A stretch of DNA of 31,427 bases, from contig AP039698.1 in assembly GCA_051599415.1 (NCBI GenBank), positions 496,001-527,427 of the forward strand, in the 5' to 3' direction. Made by a program: the position numbers and the translations under genes. Shown here one piece after another: positions 29,426 through 31,427 of the stretch (position 1 is the first letter of the stretch; each line of letters begins with the position of its first letter). The notes beneath the pieces are model-generated. The model did not search any database. It was not told the DNA's origin and was given only the letters and a program-made list of their open reading frames with translations. This DNA is from Savitreella phatthalungensis (taxonomy: Eukaryota).

Positions 29426-31248
29426 CTAGCAAGCTGGTGTGGCGCGCCTGAGTGAGCCCTCTGATTCGACAAAGAGAGACCAGAGAAGCAAGGTCGCCAG
29501 ACTTGCAGGCAGAGACGAAACCCAGAATCGGAGCTGGCGAAGGTGCGAGATAAAGCTGGTGCCGTTCACCAACATTGCTATCACCTCCTCCTCAGAGCTC
29601 GAGTAGTGGTTCAAGGCACGCAACAGATGAGGATCCTGTCTGCTATACAGGCCCCAGAGAAGCGGCAGCACCGTGTCCCCAAGCACGCAGCTGGTTGCGT
29701 CCTGCTGCTTCCGCGCCAGATAGCATATTTTCATCGCATTGTCGCACACATAACACACAGCCATCTTGTGGTCGTACTTTGCAGCATCCATCTTGTCGGC
29801 CACAAAGCGCCGGTGTCGGGCACAGCTGTCCTTGCTCTCAGCACGGCAATCCTCGTCAAACGCCAGGCAGACGGCGCACTTGCCATTGTAGGCAGTGAGG
29901 AAGTCCACCATCTTTTGCAGCGCGTAGTCAAGTCTGCTGCGCTCAGACTCTGTCAGCTGGGCAAAAGACAGCCTGGCCTCTGTCTGGCCATTTGTTGACC
30001 TCAGCAAGACAGCTGCAGAGTGTACCGTGCCAGGTGCTTGCGTTGCTGAGTTTGGTGTGGCCGGCGCTCGACCTGCGCCTGTCGTGTGCAACCCGAACCC
30101 AAGGGATGCGTTCGGCGTCGACGGCACTTGGCTGTGAACCTGTGGCAACGCCATCAGGTCTCCAGGGCTGCGGCGCACACCTGAGTGTTCCCGTCTCACG
30201 GTCCTTCGTGATGTGTTGGACGGAGTGGGAGAATGTGTTCCAGGGTAAGGCCATGTCTGGTCCAGTGCCGCTCGCGCTGGCCCGTTGCGCTGAGGTGCTG
30301 ACAGCCGACTGTATCTTGGGACACCTGGTCTGGGACTGCTGTACAAGGGCAACGGGCTGCTGCGCACATCAGAGGTCTCTCGGCGACGTTTTGGTGACTG
30401 TCTGTCACAAGGTGGCTCCAGTGGGAGGTCATTGGTAGGGTGCACGAGCACACTTGTGGCGTCTGTGAGATCTGTGACCGGGGGCGCCGCGTTGTCTGCC
30501 CCGACGCGCTCGATCGGCGCCATTGCAAGCTGGGAGGCTGTCAAGATTGGCTGGGAGTTCTCGTTGATCTGAGACTGGCAGAGGTCACACAGCCGACGGC
30601 CTGCATTGATGCAAGTCGCTCGTCTGCCATCAAGAAAGTCCTGCATTACTGCCGTCCGGCACTCGACAGCACTCAGCAGCCTTCTCATCTGCAGCACAGA
30701 CTGGATCCGTAGCAGGCCCGCAGTGTCTCGGTTCTCGTCCTCAGGAGGCAGGAAACCTCCCGACGGCATCAGAACATATGACCACGCACCCTTGCCATCG
30801 CGCCCTGCCCTGCCAATCTCCTGTGCGTAGTCGATCAAAGAGTACGGCGCGTTGCTGTGCACAACAAGCCGGATATCTGCACAGTCCAATCCGGTGCCGA
30901 GGGCGGTGGTGCCCACGATAACGAGTCTCGAGGAATCCTGCCGCCATGCAGCGAGTATCCGCTCGCGTTGGATATGGTGGACGCTCCCGTGGATGAGCGG
31001 CCAGCTGTTCTCCTCGGCCAGCTGTGTGGCTGCATGCCTTGTCTTGCAGATGACCATGGCACGATCGTCGGGCTTGATCCTGTGGCGGTCGAGCAGGCGC
31101 AGCACTGTCTCAGACACAAGCTTGGAGGTGAGCCTCTGGACGGTCTCGACATTCAGGCTGATGTCCTTGCGGATGGTTTCGTGGTCCCGGAAGACAATTG
31201 TTGGCATGGGGTGGTCTCGCAACACCTTCTCTGCGAGGTCATTCTGCC
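29426..31248 (-). pseudogene. Telomere-linked RecQ helicase (TLH family), 5'-truncated by the telomere
   Basis: Motif IV (RAMVICKTR), motif V (VGTTALGTGLDCADIRLVVH), motif VI (YAQEIGRAGRDG), RQC-type Zn cluster (CR..C..CDLC) and a Cys-rich C-terminus. Walker A and DExH motifs are absent, and the frame is open up to the telomere junction. Confidence 0.9.
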
Positions 31249-31360
31249 TTAGGGTTAGGGTTAGGGTTAGGGTTAGGGTTAGGGTTAGGGTTAGGGTTAG
31301 GGTTAGGGTTAGGGTTAGGGTTAGGGTTAGGGTTAGGGTTAGGGTTAGGGTTAGGGTTAG
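31249..31360 (+). repeat. Telomere (TTAGGG)18 + TTAG
   Basis: 112 bp of perfect TTAGGG, with the G strand running toward the contig end. Confidence 0.98.
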
Positions 31361-31427
31361 CTGTTCTCGCAAAGGCAGAAAGTAGTCTTAACCTTAGCAA
31401 TACGTAACTGAACGAAGTAGATACAAG
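31361..31427 (-). other. Untrimmed Oxford Nanopore native barcode (NB06 as recalled) plus ligation adapter; sequencing artefact
   Basis: 31364-31387 is the reverse complement of GACTACTTTCTGCCTTTGCGAGAA. 31388-31395 is the TTAACCTT barcode flank. 31396-31419 is AGCAATACGTAACTGAACGAAGTA, the reverse complement of the ONT adapter. Confidence 0.93.

Noticed and set aside
31249..31372. MREQ-(LT)n N-terminus of the 648-aa ORF, and the (RV)n and (GL)n ORFs
   Set aside because: These are translations of telomere repeats and of the sequencing barcode.

Overview
Right-hand end of a compact, intron-poor fungal chromosome. It is an ascomycete, and a Taphrinomycotina-like yeast is only a tentative guess. 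Bases 1-21.9 kb hold about 14 tightly packed, apparently intronless genes: a MEF2-type MADS-box factor missing from the ORF track, an SDR, PHO91, a gluconolactonase, a methyltransferase-like protein, a thioredoxin-fold protein, MMS22/Mus7, HIS4, RBD2, pyridoxal kinase, MTM1 and small hypothetical proteins. There is also an intron-containing tRNA-Gln(CTG). From about 22.5 kb there is an abrupt switch to a modular subtelomere. It carries two copies of a ~300-bp leader, each followed by a ~32-bp-phased array of a fixed TTGGCGCCGT core with interchangeable spacers. It also has a higher-order satellite with 17-bp/15-nt/17-bp palindromes, CpG-decayed tracts, an interstitial variant-telomere tract and a third 32-bp array. 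A telomere-linked RecQ helicase is cut mid-gene by (TTAGGG)n. The final 67 bp are an untrimmed Oxford Nanopore barcode and adapter, not genome.
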